Assembly (NCBI GenBank): GCA_963704725.1
Contig: OY969934.1
Location: 832,001-896,000 of the forward strand
From: an uncultured Actinomycetes bacterium
GTDB taxonomy: Bacteria; Actinomycetota; UBA4738; HRBIN12
Length of the DNA stretch: 64,000 nucleotides
Direction of reading: 5' to 3'
Shown: piece by piece, positions 37,016-47,174 of the stretch
How positions within the stretch are numbered: the stretch's first letter is position 1
Layout of the letters: each line of letters opens with the position of its first letter
Program-made: the position numbers and the translations under genes
Notes under the pieces: model-generated
What the model saw: the letters and a program-made list of their open reading frames with translations, nothing else
Databases searched by the model: none
Told to the model about the DNA's origin: nothing

Positions 37016-38214
37016 GCCGGCTCGTCCCCGATCGGCAGGAGGGCAACGAGCCGGAAACCCCCACCCGGACGCGGCCCGGCGTCGAGACTTCCCCCCAACA
37101 GCAGAGCGCGCTCGCGCATGCCGACGATCCCGTGGCCGGACCCGGGCAGGATGGTGGCGCCGTGCCCCTCATCGAGCACCTCGATGGCGACCCGATGGTG
37201 GTCGCTGGTGAGCCGCACCTCGGTCCTGGCGCTGGGTCCGGCGTGTTTGAGCACGTTGGTCAGCGCCTCTTCGACGATGCGGTACGCGGACAGGTCCACG
37301 CGGGCCGGGAGATCGGTCCGCACGCCCTCCATCGTCAGCGAGACATCGAGACCTGCGTCTTCGAACTGGTCGACGAGCCGGGGGACGTCGGCGATCCCCG
37401 GCTGGGGACCGAGGTCATCGCGTTCGGCCTCCGGCCGCAAGACATCGAGCAGATGGCGCAACTCATCGAGCGCCTGACGTCCCGCTTGTTCCACCGCCTC
37501 CATCGCTTGCAGGGCACCCGCCGGGTCGTCGGCAGCAACGGTCTTGGCGGCGCCGGCCTGCACCGTCATCAAGCTCACGCGATGAGCGACGATGTCGTGC
37601 AACTCGCGCGCGATACGCGTCCGTTCCTCCGCCACCACCCGGCGGGCCTCGGCCGCGCGTTCTCGCTCCAGCTCGAGCGCGCGCTCGACACGGAACCTCA
37701 TGCGGCGTCCGAGGTACCACACCCCCGCCATGACGGCGAACCCGAATCCGACGTCGGCGGCGCTCATGTCCTCCCCGGTAAGCGGCGCGCTCAGCACGAA
37801 GACCAGCGCGACACCCAACGCGACGTAGCTCCACCGTTCGGTGGTGACGTAGCGAGCGACGCTGTACAACGCGATCAAGAAGGACACCCCCACCACCTGG
37901 GAGTAGTCCAGGATCCCGGAGAGCTCCGCCGCGATCAGGGTCACGGCGAGCACGGCCAGGGGCTGGGACCGACGCCAGAGGATGACGCCGCATGCCACCG
38001 CGAAGACGAAGAAGGCGAGGACGGGTACGTCACCGAGCGGGCGGATGGCGAGGTCGTCCGGGTTGGCGCCCTCGACCACGAACACCGACAGCAGGAACAC
38101 GACGATGGCGAGGGCGGTGTCCGCTGCACGCGGCCAGCGCGTGAACGGGCCTCGATACTGCCGCTGGGCGCTCCCGGGCGGAGCCTGAGCCTGAACCTGA
38201 ACCTGCACAGCCAT
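37012..38214 (-). CDS. Membrane sensor histidine kinase (HisKA_3)
   Basis: TM helices, ERTRIARELHDIVAH, EALTNVLKHA, GHGIVGMRER. Confidence 0.95.
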   Translation of the reverse strand: MAVQVQVQAQAPPGSAQRQYRGPFTRWPRAADTALAIVVFLLSVFVVEGANPDDLAIRPLGDVPVLAFFVFAVACGVILWRRSQPLAVLAVTLIAAELSGILDYSQVVGVSFLIALYSVARYVTTERWSYVALGVALVFVLSAPLTGEDMSAADVGFGFAVMAGVWYLGRRMRFRVERALELERERAAEARRVVAEERTRIARELHDIVAHRVSLMTVQAGAAKTVAADDPAGALQAMEAVEQAGRQALDELRHLLDVLRPEAERDDLGPQPGIADVPRLVDQFEDAGLDVSLTMEGVRTDLPARVDLSAYRIVEEALTNVLKHAGPSARTEVRLTSDHHRVAIEVLDEGHGATILPGSGHGIVGMRERALLLGGSLDAGPRPGGGFRLVALLPIGDEPA

Positions 38215-38507
38215 GCGGTTCACCTCGTTTCGATGATGATGGCACACCCCGAGAGCCGGTCCACGGTTCGCGGCGTCCGGCGACCACGGTAGGCCGCCTC
38301 GACGACGTCGTCGTCCTCCCACAGACGGTTCCGGTCTCCGTCCCCAGGGGGAGCGTCGGAGGCTCGGCGACCCACCAGGAACCGTCTTGCGGGGGAGCCT
38401 TCAATCGTTCCGTGGGGCGGCGACGGCGAGCACGTGGGTCCCTACCTTCGTCACGTACCCGCCGTCGAGCGCTCGGGCTCACGGCCACGGAACGAAGGAG
38501 GATCCTC

Positions 38508-40751
38508 ATGAAGCTCTCCACCGAGTCGTTGGCTCGATCGGCGGGCCGCCACCCGTGGCGGACGCTGGTCGTCTGGGTTGTTGCGCTGGTCGCGGCCGCC
38601 GTCCTGGCGTCGCAGTTCCTCGGCGATGCCCTCACGACCGATACCGACTTCACGAACGATCCCGAGGCGAAGCGCGCCGCCGCGCTGGTGGAAGAGCGGC
38701 TGCGCGGGGCCGACGCCGACACGGAGTTCGTCGTCGTGACGGCGGGGTCGACGGTGACCGACCCCGCGTACCGGGCCTTCGTCGGCGAGCTGCAGGCGGC
38801 GGTCGCGGCCCTCGGCCCGGACGTCGTCCAGCACGTGGGGAGCTACCTGACGAACGAGGGTCCGATCTCCGAGAGTGGGCGATCGACGCTGCTGCCGGTG
38901 ACGCTGGCCGGCGTCGACCACACCGCGCTCGGTGAGCATGCCCGGCAGCTGGTCGACAGCGTGAAGGGCGTCGAGGTTCCACGAGGCTTCCGAGCGCTCG
39001 TGGCCGGGCCCGCCACGCTCGAGAACGACTTCATCCGGCTCGCCGAGGAAGGGCTCCAGAAGGGCGAGGGCATCGGTCTGGCGGTCGCGCTCGTGGTGCT
39101 GCTGCTCGTGTTCGGTGCGGTCGTCGCCAGCCTGATCCCGATCGTCCTCGCGGTGATGGCGATCGCCATGGCCCTCGGTGCCGCCGCGCTGTTCGGCCTG
39201 GTCTTCGATCTTCCGTTCTTCATCGCCAACATCATCACGATGATCGGTCTGGCGGTCGGCATCGACTACTCGCTGTTCATCGTGTCCCGCTACCGCGAGG
39301 AGCGGGGCAGTGGCCTCGACAAGCTCGACGCGATCGCCCACACAGGCGCCACCGCAAGCAGGGCGGTGCTCTTCTCCGGCCTCACGGTCATGATCGCGCT
39401 CATGGGCATGCTCCTGCTGCCCAACACGATCTACCGGAGCATCGGTCTGGGGGCCATGCTCGTGGTCGTCATCGCGGTGGCAGCCTCGCTGACCCTGCTC
39501 CCCGCGGTGCTGGCGCTGATGGGGGACAGGGTCGATGCGCTGCGCATCCGGGGCCGAAGGAGCGGCTCTGCGCAGCGGCAGCGGCGGTTCTGGGATCGGA
39601 TCGCCGGGGCGGTCATGCGCCGACCGGTGGTGAGCATCGGCGTGGCCGTCGGCATCCTGGCGGTGGCCGCCCTTCCGTACCTCAGCATCCACGAGGGGTT
39701 CTCGGGCGTGAGCACGCTGCCCGACGGGGTGGACTCCAAGCAGGCGTTCGTCATCCTGGAGCGCGAGTTCTCCGGTGGCCTCGGCTCGCCGGTGGAGATC
39801 GTCATCGACGGCGACATCACTCCGCGGGTGGTCGCCTCCATCGAGGACCTGCGGGCCGCGTTGGCGGCCGATCCATCCTTCGGCCCGTCCGATGTCGAGG
39901 TCGATCGGGCGGGCGACCTGGCGCTCGTGTCCGCACCCTTGTCCGGTGACATCGTCGGCGATGCCGCGCTGGACGCGATCCGAGAGCTGCGCCTCAGCGT
40001 CGTCCCTCGGATCTTCGACGACGTGCCGGCCGAGGTGCTGGTGGGCGGCGACACGGCGTACAACGTCGACTACCTCGACCAGACGAAGCGATACACGCCC
40101 ATCGTGTTCCTGCTGGTGCTCGGGTTGTCCTTCGTGCTCCTGACCGTGGCGTTCCGCTCGCTGGTCATCCCCGCGAAGGCGATCGCCATGAACCTCCTGT
40201 CGGTCGGGGCCGCCTTCGGGATGCTGGTCCTGTTCTTCCAGCGGGGCGTGGGGCCCGAGTTCTTCAAGGACATCGCGGGCTGGCTCGGCTTCGGCCAGGT
40301 CGAGGCGATCGAGGCGGGGCTGCCGTTGTTCATCTTCGCCGTCCTGTTCGGGCTGTCGATGGACTACCAGGTCTTCCTGCTCTCCCGCATCCGTGAGCGG
40401 TTCGATCACACCGGCGACAACCCCGGGTCGGTCGCCCACGGGCTGCGCTCCACCGGCGCCCTGATCACGGGAGCCGCGGCCATCATGGTGGCCGTCTTCG
40501 CTGGCTTCGCCGCCACCCCACTTGTCGGGCTGCAGCAGATGGGGTTCGGGCTGGCGGTCGCCGTCGCGCTCGACGCCACCCTCGTCCGCTGCGTCCTGGT
40601 TCCCGCCGCCATGAAGCTCCTCGGCAACCGGAACTGGTATCTGCCGTCCTGGCTCGAATGGCTCCCCAACGTCAGGGTCGACGGCGTGGCGAAGCCCGCC
40701 CCGGTCGCCGAACCCGGTGACTCAGAGCGCGAACTCGTTCCTGTCGGATGA
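38508..40751 (+). CDS. MMPL/RND family transporter
   Basis: GLAVGIDYSLFIVSRYREE and FGLSMDYQVFLLSRIRE in two repeats. GGAGG RBS. Confidence 0.95.
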   Translation: MKLSTESLARSAGRHPWRTLVVWVVALVAAAVLASQFLGDALTTDTDFTNDPEAKRAAALVEERLRGADADTEFVVVTAGSTVTDPAYRAFVGELQAAVAALGPDVVQHVGSYLTNEGPISESGRSTLLPVTLAGVDHTALGEHARQLVDSVKGVEVPRGFRALVAGPATLENDFIRLAEEGLQKGEGIGLAVALVVLLLVFGAVVASLIPIVLAVMAIAMALGAAALFGLVFDLPFFIANIITMIGLAVGIDYSLFIVSRYREERGSGLDKLDAIAHTGATASRAVLFSGLTVMIALMGMLLLPNTIYRSIGLGAMLVVVIAVAASLTLLPAVLALMGDRVDALRIRGRRSGSAQRQRRFWDRIAGAVMRRPVVSIGVAVGILAVAALPYLSIHEGFSGVSTLPDGVDSKQAFVILEREFSGGLGSPVEIVIDGDITPRVVASIEDLRAALAADPSFGPSDVEVDRAGDLALVSAPLSGDIVGDAALDAIRELRLSVVPRIFDDVPAEVLVGGDTAYNVDYLDQTKRYTPIVFLLVLGLSFVLLTVAFRSLVIPAKAIAMNLLSVGAAFGMLVLFFQRGVGPEFFKDIAGWLGFGQVEAIEAGLPLFIFAVLFGLSMDYQVFLLSRIRERFDHTGDNPGSVAHGLRSTGALITGAAAIMVAVFAGFAATPLVGLQQMGFGLAVAVALDATLVRCVLVPAAMKLLGNRNWYLPSWLEWLPNVRVDGVAKPAPVAEPGDSERELVPVG

Positions 40752-40998
40752 TCGCGATGCCAGCCCAAGGGACGCTCCGGCGTCCCTTGGGCGGCATCCG
40801 TTGCACCTGATCGGCGGTCCTCGACTCGGTCACTGCCGCAGTAGATGCACGGTTCCACGGTCCCAATCATGGCAGCCGATCCGGCGACGCCTCCCGTGCT
40901 CGCGCTTCCGGCCCCTCACGATCCGCGGACATGGTTCCTACTGCGTAGACCTCCTCGACTCTGCGAAATCGAGTAGTTGACTGGCCTAATGTGCTCGG

Positions 40999-41436
40999 GT
41001 GAGGTGGTGGCGGAGGAACCGGGCTAAGAACGAGCAACCCGACACAACGCGTGGATGGTTCGACTTTGGTGGCGTCGTCGAGCCCGACTTGTCCGAGCCG
41101 CAGCGACGCCTGCTCATCGCTGCGAGAGCTCGCCTCGATTCGCTCGCACCGTCGAGGGTAAGCGCCTGGGAATCGTGGGCGTCATTTGAGCCGCCATACA
41201 CGGTTGACGGAGCATTGTGGCTTTGCGTGGAGATCCCTGCAGAGCGTCACGACAGCCTGCAGCTCGGCATCTGGGCCGAGACGATTGTCGGCGGGTTGCA
41301 GGACCGGCACTATGCCTGGGATTACCCCAAGGGTGAGCGGTTCCGCGCAACCATCCACACGGACACACTTGACGCGTCGATTACCGAAGCGCTCGACTGG
41401 TTGGAAAGCGAGATGCGCAACCGCGATCTCGTTTAG
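40999..41436 (+). CDS. Hypothetical protein
   Basis: 145-aa ORF with protein-like composition; no recognised motif. Confidence 0.5.
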   Translation: MRWWRRNRAKNEQPDTTRGWFDFGGVVEPDLSEPQRRLLIAARARLDSLAPSRVSAWESWASFEPPYTVDGALWLCVEIPAERHDSLQLGIWAETIVGGLQDRHYAWDYPKGERFRATIHTDTLDASITEALDWLESEMRNRDLV

Positions 41437-41626
41437 TGGACGTTGCTACCTGCGATAAGGCAAGCGGGTCGCCCTTGAGGAGGGTGCGGAGAGCGAGCTC
41501 CGATACCCAGTCTGAGCTCGTGACAGGTGGATCCGGGTGGGGTTGTCGCGAGCCGAGGCTGACAACCGGCCGCTGGCGTCCTCCGCAACCGGAGTTGGGG
41601 GGCAGCTTCGGTCGCCGCCTTTTCAC

Positions 41627-41974
41627 TCAGTGAACCGTGCACCTCCAGCTGATCGACCTGATGCTGACGACGCCATCGCCGTAGCGCAAGGGCCTCGAGC
41701 GGTGCCCGTTTGGAGGAAGAGAAGTGGACCAGTGAATGTGATCCTGCACCGTATCCCCGTCCGACAGGATGACCGAGATACCCCAACGGCAGGACACTCC
41801 TTCGGCTTGGTTGGTGCGATTCCTGAACGTCCAGGTGGTCGCCCCGCCGGTGAGTGACTCGGTGATCCGGAGCTCTTTCGACCTGTAGACGGTGGGGGCT
41901 CCTCCAGCTGATGCGGGAAGCGCGGTCAGCGCGAGGAACACGCAGACGACCCCCGCCAGGATGGCGCGTCGCAC
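41627..41974 (-). CDS. Small secreted hypothetical protein
   Basis: Signal peptide MRRAILAGVVCVFLALTALPASA. GGGGAGG RBS upstream. Confidence 0.65.
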   Translation of the reverse strand: MRRAILAGVVCVFLALTALPASAGGAPTVYRSKELRITESLTGGATTWTFRNRTNQAEGVSCRWGISVILSDGDTVQDHIHWSTSLPPNGHRSRPLRYGDGVVSIRSISWRCTVH

Positions 41975-42711
41975 GATGCCTCCCCTCGACAGATTCCATC
42001 GTAGGTATCGGTTCCACCAGGCGGTTCGACCTGAGGACCTGAGGGCCCCTCGATCTCAGGACGTTCGAGGGACGTCGCGGCCCGCGGCTCGGTGCGTTCG
42101 CGTGCCTGCCGAGTTCTCCTAGACGACCGGCTCGACGTGCGGGGCCGGCTCCCGGTGAGCCCAGTGGTTGAGCTCGATCCCGAGGCCGGAGACCCAGCGG
42201 ACGTACCGTTGGCACTCGCGGCAGCCGAGCACCAGGGCGCTGAGCTCGCGTTCGGCGGCGGTCTTCACGTCCGGGAGCACCTGGCGGAGCATCTTGAGGT
42301 CGATGACCAGCGGGTGAACCCGCTCCCCGTCTCGGCGAAAGCCTCATCTACAAGCACGTCGGCCTTGCCAGCCTGCTCGGCGAGGGTTCGGACTGCTCCC
42401 TCAAGGATGTCCTGTCCTGTCGGGTCACGGGGGGATCGTAGGGGCGCGTGCCGACGGTGCCGTGGCAGCCCGGCATGAAACGAGGGCGACGTCGAGCGGC
42501 TCCGGGACTGCCGACCAGAAGAAGCAGTGGCGCTCAACCTGATTCGTGAAGGCCCAAGCTCGTAGTCCTCGGCGATCCCACGGAACCAGGACGCGGGTCC
42601 CTCGGACAGATGGGCTGGCGATTCCCGAACCGACGTGTCGTAGGTGAAGGTCGCCTCTCATGGTCGGGCAACGGCCTCAAGAACGGACCGCGGGCGGCCG
42701 TAGGATTGGGT

Positions 42712-43116
42712 ATGGCCGCGCGCAGGTTGGAGCCCGGTCCCATCTTCGCCGACTCACGTCGGCGCTCGGGCCCGCACTCGCGCCGGGACCGCGACTGGCA
42801 GATCGTCATAGTCGGGGTTTCCCTCGTCGCGATGCTCCTGTTCGAGATGTTCCATTCGCCGCCTTGCAGCTTGGCGTTGTCGAAGTGCACGGGAACTGAA
42901 TTCACCGCGAAGATCGCCGTCAACCTCATTTGGGGAACCGTGATGGGGACGTGGGTGGGCGTCGCTCTCGCGGCGATCATGGGCATGATCGTTGACGCCC
43001 TGGACGCCCACCGATCGGGAGGAACGACCGCGCCGTTGGTCCGAATCATCGTCGCGACGGCCGCCGTCATCATCGTCCTCGTGGTCGTCCTCGTGCGGTT
43101 CCATTTCCTTGCGTAG
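42712..43116 (+). CDS. Small membrane protein
   Basis: Three hydrophobic segments. Start uncertain. Confidence 0.45.
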   Translation: MAARRLEPGPIFADSRRRSGPHSRRDRDWQIVIVGVSLVAMLLFEMFHSPPCSLALSKCTGTEFTAKIAVNLIWGTVMGTWVGVALAAIMGMIVDALDAHRSGGTTAPLVRIIVATAAVIIVLVVVLVRFHFLA

Positions 43117-43256
43117 TAGAGCTGAGGCGCGCAACGTTCGCCGCAACTGTCCGGTTCGGGGCCACGCGAGGCTGCCCCTCCCCCCGGCGGTCCCGGATAG
43201 CCCAGGTCCATGGGGTCTGACCCGCCCCTCCCCCGGCCTGTAGCCTCGCTGTCGCC

Positions 43257-43769
43257 ATGCTTCGTCGGACAGCGTTCGTGACGCTCGCGATCTTCGCGGC
43301 CACATGTTCGATGTCGGAACCGGCCTCGAATGAACCGGTGTCCGGCGATGGCGCCGTGATCATCAGCGGAGACATCGAAGTTCATGACGTGATTCGGCTC
43401 TCGGAAGTGAATTCGTATGCGACGCCCTCACCGCCAGATCGCGAAGGATTCATTGACCTCGAATGGGACGGCCAGACAGTAGGGGTCTACCTGAAGGGTC
43501 CAGCGGCTGAGGGCGAATCGACGAACGTTAAAGTTCACGTTTCCTTCGATGCGGATGACGGGGTTACGTGGCTGTTCGCGTCCAATGTCCGGAAGAACCG
43601 GGGTCGTTGCTCGATCACGATCACGGCCGTTGGTCCTGTTGGACTCGAAGGATCCTTCCGATGCGCCGATGTGCGACCCGTGGTCACTGGCTCGGACGGA
43701 TCTCGCGGGGATCCGCCAGGCCGAGATCCGCGAGTCGAAATCGCGGGGGATTTCGTCGTCAGGACGTGA
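43257..43769 (+). CDS. Putative lipoprotein
   Basis: MLRRTAFVTLAIFAATC lipobox-like; beta-rich mature region. Confidence 0.6.
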   Translation: MLRRTAFVTLAIFAATCSMSEPASNEPVSGDGAVIISGDIEVHDVIRLSEVNSYATPSPPDREGFIDLEWDGQTVGVYLKGPAAEGESTNVKVHVSFDADDGVTWLFASNVRKNRGRCSITITAVGPVGLEGSFRCADVRPVVTGSDGSRGDPPGRDPRVEIAGDFVVRT

Positions 43770-44037
43770 TCGGCCGTAGGGTCAGATTCGTGGCTGCTGT
43801 CGAATGCCTGCTCTGCCTCCTGTGCTCCAGCCGGCCACCGTCCCGGCGATCGGCAGGTACGACATCGCCGGGCTCGGTGAGGGGACCGTCCCCATGGTTC
43901 CCTGCGAGCGGCACGCCGGCCTTCTCGAGGACCACGTGCTCACGTTGCGCGCGGAGCATCCGAAGGGCGAATAGGCGTCTCTGCCTCCTCGGGAGCGGGC
44001 AATCAAGGTCGAGGGACCACAAGCCGACCCTGAAGAC

Positions 44038-44589
44038 GTGACGACTTCTTCAGCCGCGCCCGTCCCGGAGCTCCAGCTGCACGAGCTCTACCGGGACTGC
44101 GCCCAGATCGCGGCGAGGCTGTTCATCGGCTCCGACCCCTGTCCCGAGAATCCTCTGGAGATCTACCTGCCGGTCCCCTGCGGCGAGCGTGTGCTGGCGG
44201 CCCACCCCGATCTCGTGGTGTCCCTCATCCACACCGGAGCCCACGCTGAGTACCCCGGGCAGATGCTCCTGGTGTGGCCGATCAAGGACGGCCCCGTCCC
44301 CGACGTCCCCAAGGCTCGGCGCGTCGCCCGGCTCATCGCGGAGCACCTGAGACAGGAACCTCACGGAGAGAACGGCCAGCATCCCTTGGTCTATCTCCAC
44401 TGCCAATCCGGGGTGAACCGTTCGGCTCTCATGGCGTGTCTCGTCCTGCTCGAGCAGGGGATGAGCCCGAGGGAGGCCATCTCCCGGGTCCGCGAACGGC
44501 GGCAGGGGTCGCTGTCGGACGAGTACGCCGACTGGCTACGCACTCTCCAAGCCGGCGGACGAGCCATCGGAGGCTCTGCGGGCCGATGA
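44038..44589 (+). CDS. Dual-specificity/protein-tyrosine phosphatase family protein
   Basis: WPIKDG acid loop and HCQSGVNRS (HCx5R). Confidence 0.88.
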   Translation: MTTSSAAPVPELQLHELYRDCAQIAARLFIGSDPCPENPLEIYLPVPCGERVLAAHPDLVVSLIHTGAHAEYPGQMLLVWPIKDGPVPDVPKARRVARLIAEHLRQEPHGENGQHPLVYLHCQSGVNRSALMACLVLLEQGMSPREAISRVRERRQGSLSDEYADWLRTLQAGGRAIGGSAGR

Positions 44590-44590
44590 G

Positions 44591-44992
44591 GGTGATCCGA
44601 TCGACCATGGCCGGTTCCTCGACGAGCTCAGGTCCAGGGCTCACTCCGACGAGTTCCGTTCCGCCATCGACACGATCGGCGCGCGTCTTCCCGACGCCGA
44701 TAGGGATGAGGCGGTGTCGCGGCTCGGCCATGGGATCGCTGCGCTCGAGGCGGTACCCGCCGCGATCTTCGCCTTCCTCAATTGCCCCGACGCCTTCGCA
44801 GATGCCGTGATCGGGGCCGTCAGCCTCGGCGGAGACACCGACACCATCGCCGCCATGACCGGCTCGATCGCCGGCGCCCGCCTCGGCGAACGCGCCATCC
44901 CCGCGATATGGAGAGAGGGGGTTGAAGGAGCCGCCGAGGTGGTCGGGCTCGCAGATGCCCTGTGTGCGCGGTCGGCTCGGGGGTCTTCATGA
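44591..44992 (+). pseudogene. C-terminal fragment of ADP-ribosylglycohydrolase
   Basis: ALEAVPAAIFAFL...AVSLGGDTDTIAAMTGSIAGARLG..AIP..W. N-terminal two-thirds absent. Confidence 0.75.
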
Positions 44993-45129
44993 CGTGGGGC
45001 GCAACGGCGTCCAAAGGGTTGTCAGCGGACCGACCTATGCCGATGGGGCGCTGGACGGAACACGGCATGCCACGCCAACCGAAGACCCTACGGCCTACTT
45101 CAACAGCAACGCCGTCTGCGGGCGCGGGG

Positions 45130-45528
45130 TCACTCCATGCCCGGCCATGGCCAGCGTGTCAGATCGGCGTCCACCTGAGCGCCGAGGATGCAGAACTCGT
45201 TGCCTTCGGGGTCGGCAAGGACGATCCACGACACGTCTTCGCCCTGGCCCACGTCGGCGCGTTGTGCGCCTAGTGCGAGCACGCGCTCGACCTCCTCGTC
45301 GCGAGATCGGTCGGTCGGGCTGACGTCGATGTGGACGCGGTTCTTGACCGATTTGCCTTCGGGCACCGGCACGAACGCGATCAGCGGCACCGCGGGGGCC
45401 GGCGGCTTGAGCCACGCGATCTCGTCGTTGGATCCTCCAACCTCCCACCCCAAGACGTCGCCCCAGAAGCGCGCGAGCGCTTCGGGGTCGCGGGCGTCGA
45501 CGATCAACTCGGTGAACCTGCACGCCAT
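45130..45528 (-). CDS. VOC/glyoxalase family protein
   Basis: DARDPEALARFW, KNRVHIDV, WIVLADPEGNEFC. Confidence 0.92.
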   Translation of the reverse strand: MACRFTELIVDARDPEALARFWGDVLGWEVGGSNDEIAWLKPPAPAVPLIAFVPVPEGKSVKNRVHIDVSPTDRSRDEEVERVLALGAQRADVGQGEDVSWIVLADPEGNEFCILGAQVDADLTRWPWPGME

Positions 45529-45555
45529 GAGCCCTCCCTCAAACGGAAGCCGGGG

Positions 45556-45825
45556 CTACTTCTTGACGTACACCACCATCGTCGACGGGATCATCCCGGC
45601 TCGCTCCGCCGCCGCCGCCAGTTCCGAAGAGAAGGAGCTCTGCACTGCCTGGAAGGCCTCCATGTCAGGGACGTCCCACGTGCTGGCGACCTGGTTGCTG
45701 CCGTCCGCGGCGACGTAGCTGGCCCCGTCCGACGCGACCGCCGACATCGCGGGGACCATCTCTGCCTTGAACTTCAACCACTCCTCGACGTCGTTGACCG
45801 CCGCGGTGACGATGATCTGGGGCAT
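45556..45825 (-). CDS. Small hypothetical protein (dimeric alpha-beta barrel-like)
   Basis: 89 aa, AAGGAG RBS, V.DVEEWL pattern. Confidence 0.65.
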   Translation of the reverse strand: MPQIIVTAAVNDVEEWLKFKAEMVPAMSAVASDGASYVAADGSNQVASTWDVPDMEAFQAVQSSFSSELAAAAERAGMIPSTMVVYVKK

Positions 45826-45882
45826 GACGAGTCTCCTTCCGGACGCCGACCAGCTCGGGGCGGCAACTATACGAGACCCTCA

Positions 45883-47061
45883 CTAGGGTCGGGCGCGCCG
45901 CACTTCGACGCGGTGCTCGCGGTAGCGGATCAGGTCCCAGGCGATCAGGCCGCAGCAGACCGCCGCCGCGAGCGCGAGGGAGGCGAGCGCCGGGAGCTCG
46001 AGTGCTCCTGGGATGAGCGCCAGCATCGCGAGGCCGGCCGTGAGCCGGCCCGGGCCGATCCATCCCGGTCGCTCGGTCGTCGTGTGGCGGATGAAGTGGA
46101 CCACCCGGAACCTTTGAAAGACGTGCGTCAGGTAGTAGAGCGAGAGGCCGCCACAGAGCGCGACCGCGGGGACGGCACCGAGCGGTTCGTCGACGCCCTC
46201 GATCGTCCCCTTCAGGCCGAGGGCGAACAGGACGATCCCGGCGATCATCGGCAGGTGGAGGTAGCGGTAGTAGTCACGCGCGAGCTGGGCCTGCATCGCC
46301 CCGCTCGTCTCCGACAGCTGGCGCTCTGCCAGGACGGCCAGGACGTCGAAGTACGCCCACCAGAGCGCCGCGATGACGAGGATGCCCAGGATCGCCGCCG
46401 AGACGATGCCGGGGGTGAGCGGGACGTGGGTGGCTCCCACGCCCAGGGCGATGACCGACTCACCGAGCGCGATGATGACGATGAGGCCGTAGCGTTCGGC
46501 GAAATGGTTCGGCGAGATGTTGGCCGCCCGTCCGCGACCGAAGACGACGTCTGAGTAGATGACGACGAGCGCGAGCACCCACATCGCCGCTCGCCAGGGG
46601 GTATCGACGAACGCGGCCGCGAAGATGAGGACGGGTCCGGTCGTCTCTCTTGCCGCGAAGCGCGTGAGCCGCCGCAGCGCGTTCCGGTCGCGCCCGCCGC
46701 TGATCATGTAGAGCGCCAGATTGATGAGCCGCACGACCAGGTAGGCGACCGCGAAGAGCACGCCCTCGTCTCCGAACGCGCCCGGGACCGAGAGAGCGAC
46801 GAGGAACATCGCGATCATCGCGGCGAACATCCCCGCGCGCACGATGCCCTCCTCGGGCTCGAGGGAATTCGTCAGCCAGGCATAGCCCGTCCACAGCCAC
46901 CAGATCGCCGCGAGGACGAGCAACCCATGTCCGAGCCCCCGCCAGGTGCGGTCGTTCGACATGAGCTGGGTGACCTGGGTGACCGCGAAGACCACGACCA
47001 GGTCGAAGAACAACTCCAGCGGTGTGACGCGCTGTTCGCGCTCGCCCTGTCGATCGGCCAT
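45883..47061 (-). CDS. Low temperature requirement protein A family membrane protein
   Basis: RVTPLELFFDLVVVFA, HFAERYGLIVIIALGES, LWWAYFD, YLHLPMIAGI. Confidence 0.93.
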   Translation of the reverse strand: MADRQGEREQRVTPLELFFDLVVVFAVTQVTQLMSNDRTWRGLGHGLLVLAAIWWLWTGYAWLTNSLEPEEGIVRAGMFAAMIAMFLVALSVPGAFGDEGVLFAVAYLVVRLINLALYMISGGRDRNALRRLTRFAARETTGPVLIFAAAFVDTPWRAAMWVLALVVIYSDVVFGRGRAANISPNHFAERYGLIVIIALGESVIALGVGATHVPLTPGIVSAAILGILVIAALWWAYFDVLAVLAERQLSETSGAMQAQLARDYYRYLHLPMIAGIVLFALGLKGTIEGVDEPLGAVPAVALCGGLSLYYLTHVFQRFRVVHFIRHTTTERPGWIGPGRLTAGLAMLALIPGALELPALASLALAAAVCCGLIAWDLIRYREHRVEVRRARP

Positions 47062-47174
47062 CCGAAACCCCTCTTCCTCGAACGGCGCCAGCGTATGCCG
47101 AACCGTTGATCGAAGGCCCGAGTCGCTCCCTCCCCACCGGCGACCTAGAATCAATGATCGAGCGAGGTGATCCG

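Noticed and set aside
38451-40439. Long antisense/alternate-frame ORFs (also 48337-50175, 51407-53200, 53556-55427, 58711-61269, 58171 extension)
   Set aside because: Shadow ORFs expected in high-GC DNA; they overlap well-supported genes and have Arg/Pro/Gly-rich, motif-free translations.
42119-42345. Small minus-strand CxxC/His ORF (LGCRECQRYVRWVSGLG...HWAHREPAPH)
   Set aside because: Looks protein-like but has no clear start and is under 60 aa from the first ATG; not confidently annotatable.
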